IMG/VR virus record: IMGVR_UViG_3300020723_000003
Direction: 5' to 3' (one strand)
Source of the DNA: a virus
Lineage: Duplodnaviria > Heunggongvirae > Uroviricota > Caudoviricetes
Length of the DNA: 64,000 bases
The number at the start of each line of letters is the position of its first letter. The stretch's first letter is position 1. Made by a program: the position numbers and the translations under genes. Below the pieces are notes generated by a model. The model saw only the letters and a program-made list of their open reading frames with translations. It did no database searches and had not been told where the DNA came from. Shown piece by piece: positions 38,519 to 47,845 of the stretch.

Positions 38519-39303
38519 TGGGAAATATTACTAATACAAATATTCATGGGTCGTGTCTATTAGGGTCTCAAATGTTTGAGTATTCTTATTTAATTGCTGT
38601 TTCTTTAGAAAATCCTGGAGTTGTTCCAGGATTTTATTTAAAAAATCTTCCTGGAATGTTTGGTTTGTTAATAAATTTTCCATTTATACATAAACCTAAA
38701 ATTTTTGAAGGAGAATGTGATTATTCTGGTATAAACTACAATCCTTCTGATGTTTTAGCTTTTGATCGTAATTATGATATACATTTCAATTTCGATTATA
38801 GCATTTTTCATAAACATAAAGAATATTTGTTAAATTTATATACATTTTTGCCAGAAATATATTCTAATTGTAATACATGGATAAAAGATAATTCTTCACC
38901 AGACGAATTGTTAGTTTCAATCCATTTTAGAAGAGGCGATTATTTATCGATTTCTTCATTAAACCTTTCTTTAGAATATTTTTATGGAGCAGTTGAAACA
39001 ATTAAAAATAAACTTCCAAATTCAACATTAAAATTTGTGTGTTTTTCTAATGATATTACATGGGTGAAAGAGAAATTTGTTGGTATAGATAATATGATAT
39101 TTGTTGAATCGTTATCTGATCCTGAACAAATGTGTTTAATGTCTTTATGTGACCATAATATCATTGCAAATAGTAGTTATAGTTGGTGGGGTGCATATTT
39201 AAATAAGACACCTGAAACAATAACTATTTGTCCATCAAGTTATGGTAGTGCAGATGTAATAAGTTATTATCCTGATGAATGGATAAGAATGAACGTGCTT
39301 TAA
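38518..39303 (+). CDS. Alpha-1,2-fucosyltransferase-like (GT11)
   Basis: VSIHFRRGDYLS matches GT11 motif I (HxRRGDY). Confidence 0.6.
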   Translation: MGNITNTNIHGSCLLGSQMFEYSYLIAVSLENPGVVPGFYLKNLPGMFGLLINFPFIHKPKIFEGECDYSGINYNPSDVLAFDRNYDIHFNFDYSIFHKHKEYLLNLYTFLPEIYSNCNTWIKDNSSPDELLVSIHFRRGDYLSISSLNLSLEYFYGAVETIKNKLPNSTLKFVCFSNDITWVKEKFVGIDNMIFVESLSDPEQMCLMSLCDHNIIANSSYSWWGAYLNKTPETITICPSSYGSADVISYYPDEWIRMNVL

Positions 39304-40319
39304 TTGAGATTAATATGATAATAGAATCTGATGTAAATAATATAATAAAATCTATAGATTTTGAAAAACTAAGGAATAAATCTATCTTAATCACAGGATC
39401 TTCTGGGTTATTAGGAATTTATTTTGTTTCTTGTTTAAAAACAATACAGAAAGAATATAATATTGATGCTTATTTTTGGATAAAAAGTGATATTGATTCA
39501 AATTTTAAATCCTTTTTTGATTTTGATTGTCATATAATTAAGGAAGATATTAGCGATCTAAAAGCATTCGATTCATTACCTATGTTTGATTTTATTATTC
39601 ATTCATCAGGTTATGGTCAGCCAGATAAATTCTTAGAAGATCAGATAAAAACCATCCAAATAAACACCACAGCTACAATTAATTTATTTGAAAAATTAAA
39701 TCCAAATGGAACATTTTTATTTTTAAGTTCTAGTGAAGTTTATAATGGTTTAGATAAGTTTTCTGTGTCAGAAGATGAGATCGGGGTATCAAATACAACT
39801 AACCCTAGAGCGTGTTATATTGAATCAAAGCGTTGTGGTGAAGCTATTTGTCATATTCAAAAAAATATGGGTAAAGATGTAAAAATTGCTAGATTGAGTT
39901 TAACATATGGTCCAGGAACAAAACCGTTTGATACTAGGGTTGTTAGTTCTTTGATTCAAAAATCTATATTAAATGATTCTATAGAATTGAGAGATAGGGG
40001 CGAAGCTATTAGAACTTATTGTTATATTTCTGATGTAATAGAAATGATGTGGAATATTATTTTGCATGGAAAAGAAGTGACTTATAATGTTGGTGGAAAT
40101 ACTACATTTAGTATATTTGAAATGGCAAATATTATCTCTACTAAAACGAATAAACCAATACTTTTGCCAGAAACATCAAAAACGTTAACTGGCAGCCCTA
40201 AAGTTGTTAATATTAATATTGATAAGTATATATCCGAATTTAACAAAACTTCATTCATTGCTCTTGATGAAGGTTTAAATAATACAATTCTTTGGCAACA
40301 ACATATATACAAAATTTAA
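39279..40319 (+). CDS. NAD-dependent epimerase/dehydratase
   Basis: ITGSSGLLGIYF Rossmann motif; YIESK YxxxK. Confidence 0.5.
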   Translation: MDKNERALIEINMIIESDVNNIIKSIDFEKLRNKSILITGSSGLLGIYFVSCLKTIQKEYNIDAYFWIKSDIDSNFKSFFDFDCHIIKEDISDLKAFDSLPMFDFIIHSSGYGQPDKFLEDQIKTIQINTTATINLFEKLNPNGTFLFLSSSEVYNGLDKFSVSEDEIGVSNTTNPRACYIESKRCGEAICHIQKNMGKDVKIARLSLTYGPGTKPFDTRVVSSLIQKSILNDSIELRDRGEAIRTYCYISDVIEMMWNIILHGKEVTYNVGGNTTFSIFEMANIISTKTNKPILLPETSKTLTGSPKVVNINIDKYISEFNKTSFIALDEGLNNTILWQQHIYKI

Positions 40320-40436
40320 CATCAGAAAATGTGATAATATTTGAAGTTCAACATGGTGATAAGTGTATTGAAGAAGATATTATTAGAATTTAATTGATTT
40401 ATAAATACTTAAATAACTTTTAAATTTTGGGTACTT

Positions 40437-41369
40437 ATGAAATCTTTTAGACAATTTATCGTAGAATCTGTTAGACAAGGTTTACCACACATTTCTACAA
40501 TGACACATGAACAATTCGGTAATCTTACAAAAGGTGGAAAAGTTCATATTAATCATGTAACAGAAAAAACTGATGGTCAAACAATGGTTTTTGGGCATGA
40601 TGAACATGGTTTTTATACTCAATCTTCTGGTTCTGGAAATGAAAAAATGCGAGCTCCGGAACATTATGCTGAAAGAGCAAAACGTAGAGCAGAAGAAACA
40701 GGAAAACCATTTGATCCAACTTCGTCAAACGCATTTGGTGATATCCATAAGCACCTCCAAAATAATAAAGCCCTCCAAGAACACCTAAAATCAACATATA
40801 AAAAAACTGGTAATGAAGTAAAAGTTAGGGGAGAATCTTTTTATAAACCTTGGGGTAGACCTAGCGAAGTTCCTGGAGAAGTAAAATTTGTTGGCACTTC
40901 CTATGACCCTAGTCATATGGGAACGGTTGGTAAATTTGTGATTCATAGTAAATTGCCAGAAAATCAAGGTCATGATTTAGAACATTTTAAAAAGAATTTA
41001 TCTGATAAAAATATAAATTTTGATGATGATATTATAGAGCATAAGTCTGGTCATGTTGATGTTTCTCCAGAAAAGAAAGATTTTGATGATTTAAATCATG
41101 AATTATTAAAATCAAGAAAAACTAAAAAAAATTCAGAAGATAAAGAAGTTGAGACTGCTAAATTTAATGCAATAAAACAAAAAGTTTCTGATAAAGTTGA
41201 TTCTCACATCAAATCTCAAAATATTAAACCGAAATGGGGTACAGGTACTGAAGGTGCTGTAATACACCCTCCAAAAGAAAATCCTGATGCTCCAAGATTT
41301 AAAGTGACAAGTGATGCATTTAGAAAATATAAAAGTTCCGATGAATCTAAAAACTTATTAAAGAGATAA
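40437..41369 (+). CDS. Hypothetical protein with capsid-targeting-sequence-like N-terminus (MKSFRQFIVE|S)
   Basis: 310-aa Lys/His-rich protein. Its first 10 aa resemble the T4 IPIII/Alt CTS MKTYQEFIAE. TATAAATA late promoter at 40391. Confidence 0.5.
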   Translation: MKSFRQFIVESVRQGLPHISTMTHEQFGNLTKGGKVHINHVTEKTDGQTMVFGHDEHGFYTQSSGSGNEKMRAPEHYAERAKRRAEETGKPFDPTSSNAFGDIHKHLQNNKALQEHLKSTYKKTGNEVKVRGESFYKPWGRPSEVPGEVKFVGTSYDPSHMGTVGKFVIHSKLPENQGHDLEHFKKNLSDKNINFDDDIIEHKSGHVDVSPEKKDFDDLNHELLKSRKTKKNSEDKEVETAKFNAIKQKVSDKVDSHIKSQNIKPKWGTGTEGAVIHPPKENPDAPRFKVTSDAFRKYKSSDESKNLLKR

Positions 41370-41373
41370 TTAA

Positions 41374-42849
41374 ATGCTAAATTTTAAACAATTTTTACAA
41401 GTTTTAACAGAAGGCGGGAACATTAAGATTGGAGAATCAGAGGCTAATCCAATTCATATTACACCTGAAAATAGAAAATCTGTTACTTCTGATATTGGTG
41501 GTTTTTTACATGGATTGAGTAATTCTCATAAAATGGTTCATGGTTCTCATTTATTTGGAAATAATTCTTCGGCACTTGATGATGGGTCAGCATTTTCTGG
41601 TTCCACTCATCATTTATTTGATAAAACGATCAGTGATAAAGAATTCGCAAAACATAAACCTGTTGTTGGTGATATTGATGTAAAAGTTCCAAAACAACAT
41701 CTTGCTACATTAGAACATCATTTAGTTCCAGGAAAACAAATAGGAAAATATACTGTTGTTGGTGTTAAACATGGAGCTGGTGGACATCATGCTTTAATAA
41801 AACACGAAAATGGACAAATACATCAAATAGATTTTGAAGGTTCAAATTATGAAAATGATAAACCATCAGATTTTGATAAATTCGCACATAGTTCTAATTG
41901 GAAAGATGTAAAAGAAGGAATTAAAGGCGCACATCATAAGATGCTATTGAATGCGATTGGAACTGATAAACACAAATTTTCAATTCTTTATGGTTTAGGT
42001 TCTAGAGAAGGAACTGACCCAAAATGGGAAAACAATAAAAATAAAATATCTTCTACATTATTTGGAGAAAAAGCTCCAGTTAAAAATTTAGAGTCGTTTC
42101 ATGGATTAGTTAAAAGTATTAAAAATCATATTCCAGAAGAAAAACATCAAGAAATTTATGACAAATTTAAAGATTCTGCAAAATCTTCTAGAGGAATAAA
42201 TTTTTCTTCTGCATTATCTCATATGAGAAAACATCTTAATGTTCATGATAATACTATTCAAGAATCTGTTGAAGAAGTACATCATGCATCAGTAGTGCCA
42301 ATAACTGGGTTTGTTCCAATTTCTCATGAAGGGCATAAATTGGATTTAGGAAATACCCTAAATAGATTACCTGGAAGTAAACATATCGGAATTTCAGGAA
42401 AATCTGATGCTTATTCTCCAGAAGAAAGAAAGGATGTTCTTGAAAGGCAATGGGGAAAAGGAGTAACGGCACATAATGTTTCCGGTGCTGGGCAAACAAT
42501 AAGAGCAGCATATGATTCTTTACCAAAAACAGGAAAAAAAGTATTGCATTTATTGGTGGGTCATGATAGAAAATCCCTTGCCGATGGATTAAAGTCTTCT
42601 TTAGAAGCAGGAAAACTTAAGGAAATGCATGGTTTAGCTTTTGATGAAATACACATTCATCATCCAGAAGATACAAAAAGAAGTCATGGTATGAGTGGAA
42701 CAAAAATGAGAGAAGCTGCAGCAGCAGGTAACATAGAAGAATTCCATAAACATTTAGGTCCAAATTTTACTAGAAAAGAAGCTGAAGAACATATGTCAAG
42801 ATTCCAAACTGGTATTAAAAATGGAACAATTCCTCTAAAAAGAAAATAA
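41374..42849 (+). CDS. Hypothetical His-rich protein with CTS-like N-terminus (MLNFKQFLQVLTE|G)
   Basis: 491-aa ORF. Contains a GDIDV motif, a possible nucleotidyltransferase-like fragment. Confidence 0.5.
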   Translation: MLNFKQFLQVLTEGGNIKIGESEANPIHITPENRKSVTSDIGGFLHGLSNSHKMVHGSHLFGNNSSALDDGSAFSGSTHHLFDKTISDKEFAKHKPVVGDIDVKVPKQHLATLEHHLVPGKQIGKYTVVGVKHGAGGHHALIKHENGQIHQIDFEGSNYENDKPSDFDKFAHSSNWKDVKEGIKGAHHKMLLNAIGTDKHKFSILYGLGSREGTDPKWENNKNKISSTLFGEKAPVKNLESFHGLVKSIKNHIPEEKHQEIYDKFKDSAKSSRGINFSSALSHMRKHLNVHDNTIQESVEEVHHASVVPITGFVPISHEGHKLDLGNTLNRLPGSKHIGISGKSDAYSPEERKDVLERQWGKGVTAHNVSGAGQTIRAAYDSLPKTGKKVLHLLVGHDRKSLADGLKSSLEAGKLKEMHGLAFDEIHIHHPEDTKRSHGMSGTKMREAAAAGNIEEFHKHLGPNFTRKEAEEHMSRFQTGIKNGTIPLKRK

Positions 42850-42851
42850 CT

Positions 42852-43757
42852 ATGCAAAAATATCAAGCAATCTTTGTTATTGGTAGTCCAGGTTCTGGTA
42901 AAGATGTTATTATCAGAGATACAATTTCAAATTTCAACATTGTTGAATTTACATCAACACAAATAGATGAGATGTTATCTGATGACTCTGTATTTAAAAG
43001 AGCAAAATACGAAAAAAGAAATTCTCTTTTAGAAAGAAAATCTATTTTAGTAACCGCAAATTCTTTTGACTTGGGATTTATTCTTACAAAATCTGTATTA
43101 GAATCTGTTGGATATACTCCACATTTAATTTTTGTTGAAGCCAATCTTTCTGTTTCTTATGATAGATTACATAATAGAAATAATCTTAAAGAGTCTCTTG
43201 AAAGAATAAGTATTGGAAATAATAATAAATCTTCTATTTTAGAATTATTTGATTCTTTGTTTGTTGTTGACAATTCAGAAAATTTAGATTTAACTGAATC
43301 AAGAGAATTTATTTCAGATATTTTGAGCGAATTATCATTTAAATCGGATCTAACTGTTGAGCGTGTATTAAATGTAAATTTGAGAGATAAATTACAAAAA
43401 ACATCAAAACCAACAATATCAAGACAAGTTCCTGGACCTGCTGCAATAGTTTTACCTATTATTGATAGTTTTGATTCTAAAGAAAAGAAAAAAACAATAA
43501 AAAAATACCCAAAAACACCAAGTTATTTTTTTGATGGTAGTGGAGATCAACAACCAAACATTGCGTTGGGTGAAGCGGAAGATTGGCCTATTGCTTCTCC
43601 AGGATTTGGTGATGCAATGATGGGAGCTCCTGGACAACAATCTTCTGCTCCAGTAACTAATTTGGGTTCTGATCAACAAAAACAAGATATAAAAAAAGTT
43701 TTGAATAAAATTAAAAAAATTCATTTTAAAACTGCAATACCAAAACAAATTGGATAA
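42852..43757 (+). CDS. P-loop kinase-like protein (resembles polynucleotide kinase N-domain) with low-complexity tail
   Basis: YQAIFVIGSPGSGKDVIIRD resembles T4 Pnk IILTIGCPGSGKSTWAREF. C-terminal half is S/G/Q/K-rich. Confidence 0.4.
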   Translation: MQKYQAIFVIGSPGSGKDVIIRDTISNFNIVEFTSTQIDEMLSDDSVFKRAKYEKRNSLLERKSILVTANSFDLGFILTKSVLESVGYTPHLIFVEANLSVSYDRLHNRNNLKESLERISIGNNNKSSILELFDSLFVVDNSENLDLTESREFISDILSELSFKSDLTVERVLNVNLRDKLQKTSKPTISRQVPGPAAIVLPIIDSFDSKEKKKTIKKYPKTPSYFFDGSGDQQPNIALGEAEDWPIASPGFGDAMMGAPGQQSSAPVTNLGSDQQKQDIKKVLNKIKKIHFKTAIPKQIG

Positions 43758-43789
43758 AATATTTTAAATCATTTAAGTAAGGAATTTTA

Positions 43790-44329
43790 ATGAAACTTCA
43801 AGATATACAAAAAATGTTAAGTGAGAGAAAATTAACAAAAGCAGAATCAAAAAAGAAAGAAGAAATTGCTCAAGCAATGGAAAAAGAACATCCTGGGATG
43901 GGTTCGACTCCAGAAGGAATGTCAAAAAAAATGGCAATTGCAACTGCTCAAGCAAAAAAGTGCTGTGAAGAAATAGAAGGCGAATTAGAAACTGAAGAAA
44001 CTTTAGATGAAGTTTCTAATTATGATTTAGTTGTAAACTATTATAGACATTTAGGTTTAGATCCATATAAACTACGTGGCGTAGTTGGCAAACAATTAAG
44101 AACAAAAATTAAAACTTCTCCAGCATTTCAAGCATGGGCAAGAATTAATTCTAGTTTTGAATATGAAAAGAAATATACTCAAATTATCGAAAAAATAAAA
44201 GAAGCTAAAAAAGAAGCAAAGGGAAAAGTTCAAATTGATTTTTTTGGATATCCTGAATCAACAGCAAATACTTCTAATTCAGATAAAGATATTGCTCAAA
44301 CTGATGATAATTTCATAACCCCAAATTAA
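43790..44329 (+). CDS. Hypothetical Lys/Glu-rich protein
   Basis: 179-aa ORF. Confidence 0.4.
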   Translation: MKLQDIQKMLSERKLTKAESKKKEEIAQAMEKEHPGMGSTPEGMSKKMAIATAQAKKCCEEIEGELETEETLDEVSNYDLVVNYYRHLGLDPYKLRGVVGKQLRTKIKTSPAFQAWARINSSFEYEKKYTQIIEKIKEAKKEAKGKVQIDFFGYPESTANTSNSDKDIAQTDDNFITPN

Positions 44330-44383
44330 AATTTTTAATAAATACTATTATAATTTTTATCATATTAAAAAAGGAATAAAACT

Positions 44384-44956
44384 ATGTCAGGTTGGAAAAA
44401 TACAGACGCTCAAGCAAATAACGAACCATCTTATATTACCCATATTGGGATGCCACAACCAATAACAAATAATTATAGCAACAATACGGTTTTAGTTGAT
44501 GCTTCTCGTTTAGCAAATGCTAATGTTCAATTTGGAGTTTCTTCAAAAGGAACATCACATACTGGTTGGGTTCATTACCAACATGGAACAGGTCCTTTGG
44601 CTTCTATTACTGTTGCTAATGTTACTCCAGGACTTGTATATTCTAATGATTATTTAACTATTGTTGGCGCAAATACAGCTTCTTTTGTTAATACTCCTTA
44701 TGTCGCAGCTAATGCTCAAATTATTGTTACTGGTGCAAACACAATTACCATTCAAATTAATAGTGTCGGTTCTGGTTTTATTCAAGACCCAACTGTAGTT
44801 TCTTCTACTTCAGGTAATGCAAATAATGCAACTTTAGTATTTACTGGTAAAGCAGGCGGAAGAGCTAATAGAGTTAAATCTGAAGTTTTAGTTGCTTTGT
44901 CATCTCCTACTTCAACAAATGCTAATGGCGCTGAACCTTGGTTCCATGGCGTATAA
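44384..44956 (+). CDS. Hypothetical T/N/G/V-rich protein (possibly structural)
   Basis: 190-aa ORF, beta-rich composition. Confidence 0.35.
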   Translation: MSGWKNTDAQANNEPSYITHIGMPQPITNNYSNNTVLVDASRLANANVQFGVSSKGTSHTGWVHYQHGTGPLASITVANVTPGLVYSNDYLTIVGANTASFVNTPYVAANAQIIVTGANTITIQINSVGSGFIQDPTVVSSTSGNANNATLVFTGKAGGRANRVKSEVLVALSSPTSTNANGAEPWFHGV

Positions 44957-44959
44957 TTT

Positions 44960-45346
44960 ATGAAGTCGTTTAAAGAATTTAAATCGTATCTACAGGAGCA
45001 TCAATCTCCTGTAGCATATATTGATACTACTGGAACTCAAGATATCGCTATTCCTGAAATTCGTAATGAATTAAACCGCCATATAAGTTTGATTTTTCGT
45101 CAAAGTTTTGTGACAGTTGAATCTGCAGTGCAAAGATTAGCAAAACTTTTATCTATGTATAGTCTTGATATTCCACAAGTTGATTCAAATGATAAAGATT
45201 CGGATACATTAAAAATAATTGTTGGGCATAATAATACAAAATGGGACGAATTTGATGGAAAAGTTGAAAATGATAACCCATGGATTTTAATATTTTCGTA
45301 TAAATTAGAAGACGGATTGTATAAGTGCTCAGCTAAAATAAAATAA
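44960..45346 (+). CDS. Hypothetical protein with CTS-like N-terminus (MKSFKEFKSYLQE|H)
   Basis: 128-aa ORF. Confidence 0.45.
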   Translation: MKSFKEFKSYLQEHQSPVAYIDTTGTQDIAIPEIRNELNRHISLIFRQSFVTVESAVQRLAKLLSMYSLDIPQVDSNDKDSDTLKIIVGHNNTKWDEFDGKVENDNPWILIFSYKLEDGLYKCSAKIK

Positions 45347-45352
45347 TATATT

Positions 45353-45739
45353 ATGTTTGATGAATTGACTCCAGAAAATTTTGTATTATTTGCTGCAAAA
45401 CACTATTGGTCTATACACTATTCAATGGCTGAGTTTGAATCAGATTTACAAAGAATAGTGTATATAAAAAGGCTTTTGAAGAAATACAAAAAAACTGGAG
45501 TCGTTTCAGAAAGGTTAATTCTTAATCATCTTATATTATTGTATAATGTCTTTGAACCGACCGTTGCTGTTAATAGAATGTTATTTTTTAAAATAGATTC
45601 AGATTGTTACTCTAGTTTAAAAACGTTTCTGGTATATTTAAATAGGATACCAGAAACAATTATAATAAATAATAATATAGTTGTTTCTTCAGATATTCAA
45701 GTAGATATGAATGTTGCAAATTTATTAAGGGTTTTATGA
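45353..45739 (+). CDS. Hypothetical protein
   Basis: 128-aa ORF. Confidence 0.4.
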   Translation: MFDELTPENFVLFAAKHYWSIHYSMAEFESDLQRIVYIKRLLKKYKKTGVVSERLILNHLILLYNVFEPTVAVNRMLFFKIDSDCYSSLKTFLVYLNRIPETIIINNNIVVSSDIQVDMNVANLLRVL

Positions 45740-46575
45740 AAGGTTTTAAACAATTTGTATTAGAAAAAGTAGAACATGAAAATCCGAATGCCGGAAGTTT
45801 ACACGTTCTAGATGTTGATGATACATTAGTACACCCAAAAGCACAAATCCATGTTGTTCAAAATGGAGAAAGAGTTAAATCGCTACATAATTCCGAATTT
45901 AATACCCACAAACTAGAACCTGATCAACACTATGATTTTAGTGAATTTAGAAATTCTGATACGTTTAGCAAATCTGCTCCAATTCAAAAAATGATTTCTA
46001 AAGTAAAAGCAATCCATAAGAATATCTCAAGTAATCCAAATCATAGAATTATTATCAATACTGCTAGATCAGATATGGATAATAAACATACATATCTTAA
46101 TACTTTTAAGAAATTTGGTCTTCCGATTAACGATATACATGTATATAGAGCTGGTAATGATACTGGATCGGATACAGTTGCTGTTAAAAAGGCAAATGTA
46201 ATATCAAAAATATTAGAAAAACAACCATATAAAAAAGTTCATGTATATGATGACGGAAAAGAAAATTTAGATGCCGTTCATAAATTAAAACAAAAACACC
46301 CTGAAACAGAATTTCATACCTATCATGTTCAACATGATGGTTCTGTTAAAAAATACAAACCTACAAATTTAAATGAAGATGGTGGTGCTGCAGGCGGTAT
46401 TGGCGGTGGTGGTGGAAATACTGTCGGTGGCGGAGCAATAGCTGGAGTTGGGGTAAATAATCCTTCTGTTGGGCCAAATCAAGGGGAACCTGGAGTTTTT
46501 CCAAAATATAAAAAAAGAAAATCGGATTTTCCAAAAAGTCCTGTCTTAACACAAATTCTTGCGAGAAAAAACTAA
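45736..46575 (+). CDS. HAD-family phosphatase with CTS-like N-terminus (MKGFKQFVLE|K) and Gly-rich C-tail
   Basis: HAD motif I LDVDDTLV, motif II IINTAR, motif IV YDDGKENLD. Resembles the Pnk phosphatase domain or 5'-deoxynucleotidases. GGAAGGIGGGGGNTVGGG tract. Confidence 0.55.
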   Translation: MKGFKQFVLEKVEHENPNAGSLHVLDVDDTLVHPKAQIHVVQNGERVKSLHNSEFNTHKLEPDQHYDFSEFRNSDTFSKSAPIQKMISKVKAIHKNISSNPNHRIIINTARSDMDNKHTYLNTFKKFGLPINDIHVYRAGNDTGSDTVAVKKANVISKILEKQPYKKVHVYDDGKENLDAVHKLKQKHPETEFHTYHVQHDGSVKKYKPTNLNEDGGAAGGIGGGGGNTVGGGAIAGVGVNNPSVGPNQGEPGVFPKYKKRKSDFPKSPVLTQILARKN

Positions 46576-46576
46576 A

Positions 46577-47116
46577 ATGGACAAATATCTAAATAAAATT
46601 AAATCAATCGTTGATAATAATGGTTTTGAGCGTCATTATAAAGAAACAGAAATTGTTGAATCTGTTGATGATACGTTAGAGAGAGTATTGTTTGAAGCAA
46701 GAAGTCCAGCCAATCCCCCAGAAGAAGCTAACGATCCATCTTCAAAAGAAGGAATTTCAAATACTGTTGCTAGTGAATTTTTTGCTAGAGCAAGAGCTTT
46801 AGCGACTGTTACTCATTTTGCACATTTAAGTACAGATTCGTTTTCTGAACATATAGCTTTAGCTACATTTTATGAAGAAATTGTTGAATCTATTGATACT
46901 TTTTGTGAAGCGTATATTGGAAAATATGGTAAATTTATAAATCTTCCTCCAATCGCTGCTGAGATGCAACAAGCAGTTGATGCAATAATTGAATTTAGAG
47001 ATTGGATGGATAAGAATCGTAGTTTAATTACTGATGATAGTTCTCTACAAAATATAATAGATGAAACAGAACAATTATGTAATAGTACAGTATATAAATT
47101 ACAGAAATTAAACTAA
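46577..47116 (+). CDS. Hypothetical protein
   Basis: ORF 46559..47116; likely start at the internal Met MDKYLNK. Confidence 0.4.
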   Translation: MDKYLNKIKSIVDNNGFERHYKETEIVESVDDTLERVLFEARSPANPPEEANDPSSKEGISNTVASEFFARARALATVTHFAHLSTDSFSEHIALATFYEEIVESIDTFCEAYIGKYGKFINLPPIAAEMQQAVDAIIEFRDWMDKNRSLITDDSSLQNIIDETEQLCNSTVYKLQKLN

Positions 47117-47143
47117 ATTATTTTCTCTTTTTAGGTATTTTTT

Positions 47144-47326
47144 ATGGTAACTTATGAACAAATAAATACTACGTTATATTATAATGAAGTATTGTCTACT
47201 AAGAAAGAAGAAAGAATAGATTTTAATAAATGTCAGAAAATATTAGATTCTTTTGAGTCGTATTCTAAAAAATTAGATAAATTAATAGAAACTGTAAATA
47301 CCGAAAAAAATAATTATAAGGATTAA
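47144..47326 (+). CDS. Hypothetical small protein
   Basis: 60-aa ORF. Confidence 0.3.
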   Translation: MVTYEQINTTLYYNEVLSTKKEERIDFNKCQKILDSFESYSKKLDKLIETVNTEKNNYKD

Positions 47327-47329
47327 GTT

Positions 47330-47770
47330 ATGGCAGAAAACCAACTTGAAAATTCTATTATTATGGATTTAAAAGTTGAAGTGGCTATGTTAAAAAAAGA
47401 AGTTTCGTTCATTAATAAATTATTTGAAAAAATGGATGTTGTGATTAATAAAATTGATTCACAACATGACATATTAATAGACAAAACTACTAAAGTTGAA
47501 TCAACCCTTTCTTTTACTAAAGAAGAATTGGTTAATTTATATACATCTTTTGAACAAACTGAAAAAGAAATTTCTGAAAGAATAAATTCTATAGAAAGAT
47601 TATTAACAGAAGAAATTAAAACAATTAATCACGATTTGTCAGTAAGATTAGATAAACAAGAAAAAATTACTGGTAATCTATCAAATATAAAGATGATGGC
47701 TTTAGGAATGATTGCTCTTGTTACTTGGTTAGCTTCTAATCTTGATTTTATAAAAAATGTGTTACATTAA
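47330..47770 (+). CDS. Coiled-coil protein with C-terminal TM helix
   Basis: 146 aa. Heptad-like composition and a hydrophobic C-terminus MMALGMIALVTWLASNL. Confidence 0.4.
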   Translation: MAENQLENSIIMDLKVEVAMLKKEVSFINKLFEKMDVVINKIDSQHDILIDKTTKVESTLSFTKEELVNLYTSFEQTEKEISERINSIERLLTEEIKTINHDLSVRLDKQEKITGNLSNIKMMALGMIALVTWLASNLDFIKNVLH

Positions 47771-47776
47771 AATAAC

Positions 47777-47835
47777 TTTACAAATTGTGTATTTTATAGT
47801 ATAATAAAGCCTGGATATAATTTCAGGCTTTTTTA
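47777..47835 (+). promoter_or_regulatory. Early promoter (TTTACA-17-TATAAT, extended TATAGTATAAT) immediately followed by a stem-loop plus T-run (PeSL-like)
   Basis: -35 at 47777, -10 at 47800. AAGCCTG-gatataattt-CAGGCTT then TTTT at 47807..47834. Upstream of primase. Confidence 0.55.
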
Positions 47836-47845
47836 TGGATATTGT

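Noticed and set aside
40482-40973. Minus-strand ORFs and a + ORF (40573..40788) inside the 40437 gene
   Set aside because: Overlap a longer ORF with coherent composition and a late promoter. The products are low-complexity.
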